DNA from: Trichormus sp. ATA11-4-KO1 | GTDB lineage: Bacteria > Cyanobacteriota > Cyanobacteriia > Cyanobacteriales > Nostocaceae | Assembly: GCA_019358915.1 (NCBI GenBank) | Contig: JAHHIM010000065.1 | Location: 160,001-224,000, forward strand | Length of the DNA stretch: 64,000 bases | Reading direction: 5' to 3' | Program-made: the position numbers and the translations under genes | Notes under the pieces: generated by a model | What the model was told of the DNA's origin: nothing | Databases searched by the model: none | What the model saw: the letters and a program-made list of their open reading frames with translations, nothing else | In this document: piece after piece, positions 61,409 to 64,000 of the stretch | Position numbering within the stretch: the first letter of the stretch is position 1 | Layout: each line of letters begins with the position of its first letter

Positions 61409-62676
61409 ATTCTCTGGTTCTTCTTATCAGAGAGGCTTCTTTCAATTGCTCCTTTGGTTGCTAGTCTACCCAAAGTACCTGATGCTAGTAAAAGAGGAAG
61501 ATTATCAATCTCTTCTAAAATAGAGAGTTTACTTTCTCCTGTTTCTGAATCTCGATGTGCAACAACTACAAATGGCACTATTTCCGGGCCTAAAGCATCT
61601 AGTAAAGCTGGATTGTGAGTGGTAAGTAAAATATCAATATTTCTTTTGCTGCCAATTTCTCGGAGGATTTTAACTAGCAAATTTGCACGGGAAGGATGCA
61701 AACCATTATCTATTTCCTCAATAACAAGTTGGCTGCCTTCAGGTCGTGTAAGTAGTGCTGTAAGAATTGCTAGAAATCGTAAAGTTCCATCTGACATACT
61801 TCTAGCATCAATTTCTGTGATTTCTCCAGGTTTCCACTCTTCTTGACAGTAAAGCATGGCATCTGTGCCAAATCTACCTACTTTTTCTGCCCAGACTTTT
61901 TTAATATCGCCTTCTGGTAAATCTTTGATGTATGTAGATAAAATTGATTCTATTTTTAATTTTTGCTCTTCAGGTAATGCTGCTAGTACACCGGCTATAT
62001 TTGAAGCATCACTTTCAAGCTTATTAGAAATTTGTGAATAATTACGCATTTTAGAAGGTACAGGGTTTAGAATTAAAAGTTGTTCTAAAGTGGAAATAAT
62101 CAAATTAGTTACTTTGTCTTTCAAAGGAAAATAATAATTATTTAATATCTCTACAGTGTCCTTATCTAGTAGTAAATTTGCTTTAGAAAATTGCTTTAAT
62201 TCCATGAATTCTTTAACAGAAATCTTAATACTAAGAGCTTTTAAACCACTTTTATTAGGAAAATTAAATTTTTTTATATAAAAGACTTGTGCTTGCTCAA
62301 TTTCACTATTTTCGTGTAAAAATTGAAATTCAATGTATTCTTCTATCACTCTCACTTCAGGTATTGTTTGTATTTGAATAACATATAAATAATCTGTTGT
62401 TTCCTCCTCACCCTGAACTAGCACTTTTAATGTGAATTGAGTTACCGGTTTACGTGCAGCCCACTCTACACCACCGCGAATAGAAGCAAGTGTTTTATCA
62501 CCTGCTAAAGCAGCTTCAATATTTTCGCCTTGCGCTATTCTCTGTAAAAATTCCAAAGCTTCAACCACATTAGATTTACCACTGGCATTTGTCCCAATTA
62601 AAACAGTTAATGGGTCAAGTGGAAGTTCTGCATAACGGAAACTTTTCCAATTTTCTAGGATGAGTTGCTTCAGCAT
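61405..62676 (-). CDS. ABC-superfamily (AAA_21/AAA_15-type) ATPase
   Basis: LENWKSF, Walker A GTNASGKSN, signature MSDGT, Walker B/D-loop IEEIDNGLHP, H-loop TTHNP. Confidence 0.88.
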   Translation of the reverse strand: MLKQLILENWKSFRYAELPLDPLTVLIGTNASGKSNVVEALEFLQRIAQGENIEAALAGDKTLASIRGGVEWAARKPVTQFTLKVLVQGEEETTDYLYVIQIQTIPEVRVIEEYIEFQFLHENSEIEQAQVFYIKKFNFPNKSGLKALSIKISVKEFMELKQFSKANLLLDKDTVEILNNYYFPLKDKVTNLIISTLEQLLILNPVPSKMRNYSQISNKLESDASNIAGVLAALPEEQKLKIESILSTYIKDLPEGDIKKVWAEKVGRFGTDAMLYCQEEWKPGEITEIDARSMSDGTLRFLAILTALLTRPEGSQLVIEEIDNGLHPSRANLLVKILREIGSKRNIDILLTTHNPALLDALGPEIVPFVVVAHRDSETGESKLSILEEIDNLPLLLASGTLGRLATKGAIERSLSDKKNQRI

Positions 62677-62730
62677 GACCCACTCCAAAACTCTAAAATT
62701 TTAGTTCTCTTATTTAGTTAATATAAACCG

Positions 62731-62774
62731 AAAAACAAAAAGCCAGCAGATAGAATAACTCTATCTTACTGGCT
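62731..62774 (-). terminator. Probable terminator of phoD
   Basis: AGCCAGCAGATAG...CTATCTTACTGGCT hairpin preceded by an A-run (T-run on the minus strand). Confidence 0.55.
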
Positions 62775-62798
62775 ACATTAAGCTAAATTGTGGAAAAT

Positions 62799-63998
62799 TT
62801 ATGCTTCTGGTGGTAAATCTTGGCTATAGATAATTTGCCCAGCTAAATTACGCAGTGTTACCGTCATCACTTTGGTATAAGCATCAATCTTGACTCCACC
62901 AAAGAATTGTAAACCTTCACTGGGGGGTCGATTTGGTCTCATCCCTGGAGGATTACTTTGGAACATTAATTGTGGGCCAAAGGTATTCTCTAATTGTCCT
63001 GGGCCAAATGTCCCGGAATTGAGAGGCCCGGCGACAAACTCCCAGAACGGCTTGAAGTCTTGAAACTGTGCTTTATTGGGGTCGTAATAGTGTGCTGCTG
63101 CATAATGTACATCAGCAGTTAACCAAACAACGTTTTTAATATTCCTGTTTTTGATAAATCGTAGCAAGTCAGCTATTTCTAATTCTCTTCCCAAGGGGCG
63201 ACCATTATCTGCGTTAGCCCAAGCTTCAAAAGCGGTAGCACCATCTCGAACTATTAACCCCAAAGGCATATCACTAGCAATTACTTTCCATGTTGCTTTT
63301 GATTTCAGCAATTGCACTTTTAACCATTGTACTTGTGATTTGCCCAGCATATCTGTTTCGTCACTTTGCACAGGTTGAAGATTTTCACTGTTTGGCCCTC
63401 GATGAGTGCGTTCATCCAACATGAAAATATCAAGTAATGGGCCATGTTGGAAGGAGCGATAAATTCTCGATCTGTCGGCATCAAATCTTGTTTTATAGCG
63501 AATGGGCATATACTCAAAAAATGCTTGTCTTGCCCTTTGTGCTAACAAGTTAACATCTTTGATTATATAGCGGTCATCGTTGAGAAGAAATTCGCCAGGA
63601 TACCAGTTGTTTGTGGTTTCGTGGTCGTCCCATTGCGCCAACATCGGCACTTCAGCGTTAAAACGCTTCACATTTTCATCCAGCAAATTGTATTTATAAT
63701 TACCACGAAATTCTGTGAGCGTTTCTGCTACTTTTGATTTTTCTTCGATGGTGATGTTTCGCCAGATTGTGCCATCATCTAATGTTCTTTCTGCTTCGAT
63801 GGGATTATCAGCATAAACAGTATCACCAGAATGAATGAAAAAGTCAGGATTAAGTTGACGCATGGTTTCGTAAATTTTCATCCCACCGAAATCGGGATTA
63901 ATCCCCCATCCTTGACCTGCTGTATCTCCACTCCAAACAAAGAAAATATCTCGTCCAATTATGGGAGGTGTGCGGAATGTACCGCTTACAGGTTCGCT
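62799..63998 (-). CDS. phoD: Alkaline phosphatase D family protein (5' truncated by window edge)
   Basis: WSGDTAGQGWGIN, HSGDTVYAD, WDDHE, LTADVHY; frame open to the window end. Confidence 0.92.
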   Translation of the reverse strand, partial: SEPVSGTFRTPPIIGRDIFFVWSGDTAGQGWGINPDFGGMKIYETMRQLNPDFFIHSGDTVYADNPIEAERTLDDGTIWRNITIEEKSKVAETLTEFRGNYKYNLLDENVKRFNAEVPMLAQWDDHETTNNWYPGEFLLNDDRYIIKDVNLLAQRARQAFFEYMPIRYKTRFDADRSRIYRSFQHGPLLDIFMLDERTHRGPNSENLQPVQSDETDMLGKSQVQWLKVQLLKSKATWKVIASDMPLGLIVRDGATAFEAWANADNGRPLGRELEIADLLRFIKNRNIKNVVWLTADVHYAAAHYYDPNKAQFQDFKPFWEFVAGPLNSGTFGPGQLENTFGPQLMFQSNPPGMRPNRPPSEGLQFFGGVKIDAYTKVMTVTLRNLAGQIIYSQDLPPEA

Positions 63999-64000
63999 GT

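Overview
Chromosomal segment of a heterocystous (Nostocales-like) cyanobacterium, judged from abundant HIP1 GCGATCGC sites, STRR heptamer repeats, the hmp locus and calA. Most of it is core genes: AtzG/AtzE-type amidase, yidD, phytol kinase, the Hmp/Pil chemotaxis-like motility cluster (hmpA-E plus hmpF), tilS, ccsA, ubiC, tRNA-Leu(GAG), accC, psbX, ycf66, sdhB, calA with a CAAX protease, ctaBA-coxBAC, sfsA, type II NDH, mutS and a partial phoD. The main accessory locus (about 5.9-14.5 kb) has seven small double-glycine-leader proteins around a HlyD adaptor and a C39-peptidase ABC exporter, with no modifying enzyme and no immunity gene. Their cores are very diverse and often low-complexity (Asn/Gly/Ser-rich, FxDQQ repeats, GGY/GF repeats, a shared beta-strand motif) and their non-coding flanks share hairpins. 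I infer a secreted, multi-subunit matrix or fibre system rather than an ordinary bacteriocin. Second candidate: a translationally coupled ABC-type ATPase plus PIN nuclease pair (60.9-62.7 kb) with an AT-rich central ATPase segment, possibly anti-phage. Many MITE/SDR/STRR repeats are present, one inserted in frame in mutS. All calls are by eye from motifs; no searches were run.
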